A model generated the notes under the pieces. That model was not told the origin of the DNA. It worked only from the letters and a program-made list of their open reading frames with translations, and made no database searches. Below, one piece after another: positions 62,315 through 64,000 of a stretch of 64,000 nucleotides of DNA (positions are counted from its first letter, which is position 1; every line of letters begins with the position of its first letter). Location: contig JASANG010001013.1 of assembly GCA_030248215.1 (NCBI GenBank), forward strand, positions 248,001 through 312,000, in the 5' to 3' direction. This DNA is from Enoplolaimus lenunculus. Lineage: Eukaryota. Position numbers and translations under genes: made by a program.

Positions 62315-62994
62315 CGCGGGGTTCACGTTATAACTGGGGCAGCCTGGAACACGTTTTGTACCTGTGACTATAGCTGGTAACATTTCGTCTGACCGTTTAT
62401 CCGCTATGAGATTCAAAAAATTTGAATTGTCTGCTATCCTGATGTGACATCTACTGTTTGTACTGCAATATCATATGATATTCCAAATATTGTCTGCGAG
62501 TATCATATGATATGTTTGAAAATGTCTGCAAAGTTGTGGTACACTAGCTTGATTGTAGTGTAGAATGTCATATGATACTAAAATTTCAAATTTGAATTAT
62601 TTGTACTTAGGAATATATTTTGGGAAAAACTTAGCGAGAAACAGAATCGTAGAAGCTAATTCGACTTGCGAAATCATTTAATGCTGCATTATCTGACTTT
62701 TCACTGTTTTATTTAGCGTGCACAAATTCCATTGTCCTGTATAAATATCATATGATATTTAGTAGAATTTTGTAATATCATATGATATTCGCATAAATGT
62801 CCCGCAGTATCATATGACAAATGGTTATTTGTAAACGATGATCGCTTGACATTAGTGATTTGTAAGCCAATGTCATATGGCATCCACATTTTGTCTACAT
62901 ATCCGCTCTTCGGATCACAAAATTTTATGTTGACGTCGAATCAACTTGGACAAAACGTGTTCCAAGCTGCCCCAGTTATAACGTGAACGCCGCA
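62315..62994. mobile_element. PIF/Harbinger-like element (family F) nested in a family A MITE
   Basis: TAA TSD; TIR YGCGGSGTTCACGTTATAACTGGGGCAGC; internal ATCATATGAT palindromes. Partial copies ~25210-25740, 26570-26866, 27483-27645, 1590-1650. Confidence 0.8.
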
Positions 62995-64000
62995 TAAGCC
63001 TAAGAAGCATCAGCCTAAGCGTACCAGTGAATTTATTCCTAAGCCTAAGCCAAGCAAAAAAATTAGTCTAATGCTTAAGCTTACTCGATTGTAGTCCCAC
63101 AGGAAAACGTTCCGCCCCTGATCTTTACATGGACCGTTTAGTGTAAAGCTTTATTATATATTCTCAAATATGTATAGCACATATCATCAATTAGTGATGG
63201 GTCTTGTGACTTTGAAACCAGTAAAGTGAACTGGTTCAAAATTAAGCACTTTTGTTGCACTCAATTTTATTTACTTCTGTGCAAATTTTTAAATTTCCAA
63301 CTGCAGTATTTTTTAATTTGAAAACTTATTATTAACTGATGATAGGTGCTACGCATAGTTGAGAATACGGCTCATATCTTCAATAATTCGTATAGTTTTA
63401 CGAGTAGCGTTTCATTACAAAATTTTTTTATAACTTTACTTATTTGTAGAACAAATCTGCGCAACCGGGCACATGCTGTGTTAAAAACAATATTCTCATT
63501 CTGAGTTGAATTAATTGCGGGTGAGTTATAGTTAATTTAAATTCAGAATGAGTTCAATCAAGAGTAGATGATGTATACTTCAACAAGAGTATGCAACTGA
63601 GTACATTCTGTGTACAAAAGAACGCTCCCTGTGCACCTTGCGTTTTTAGCCTATACCCCTCATATTTAGAGATGGTAAAACCTGTACAAACCGTGACAAT
63701 TTAATTATCTGGCGTCAAAAAATGCTAAGCTTATGGTATAGTTTCTGCTTATTACATGTGACAGCGATCTGTCCTCTAAATAAGGGGGGTCGACCAAAAA
63801 CACAACGCTTGATGGTACATTTTGCACCATGCAGAAACCAAAGAGTTGCATACTCTTGTATCATGCACTCGTGATAATTCGAAACATCAACTCGCTCCGA
63901 GCTCATATATATAATTCCGGGTTTACTTGATTAATTTACTCAGAATGCGTAGTCCTGATTCAGCGCTCATGCTTCTGAGTAAATTCAAGTCATACTGAGT

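Overview
AT-rich, intron-rich eukaryotic DNA, most likely from a nematode (TTTCAG splice acceptors, abundant TTAGGC telomere-type hexamers, cuticle-type PAN-ZP gene); the taxon is inferred, not proven. Seven spliced genes were assembled by hand from GT-AG boundaries with phase checks: a 4xPAN + ZP + TM extracellular-matrix gene (+, 5' exon not found), a tandem-repeat galectin (-), TRAPPC6/Trs33 (-), RNF113A/Cwc24 (+), glucosamine-6-phosphate deaminase (+), an unrecognised ~849-aa protein with an N-myristoylation motif and a ~20-aa repeat in about 10 copies (-), and a stomatin (-, 5' exon not found). Introns and intergenic DNA are packed with non-autonomous DNA transposons of about ten families; no transposase ORF was seen. 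Most notable: about 28 copies or fragments of a GG-terminal MITE with 8-bp target duplications that carries TTAGGC telomere repeats as cargo; two in-frame microexon candidates inside the sugar-binding site of galectin CRD2; the orphan repeat protein; and several MITE/splice-site interactions. Coordinates were counted manually and may be off by a few bases.
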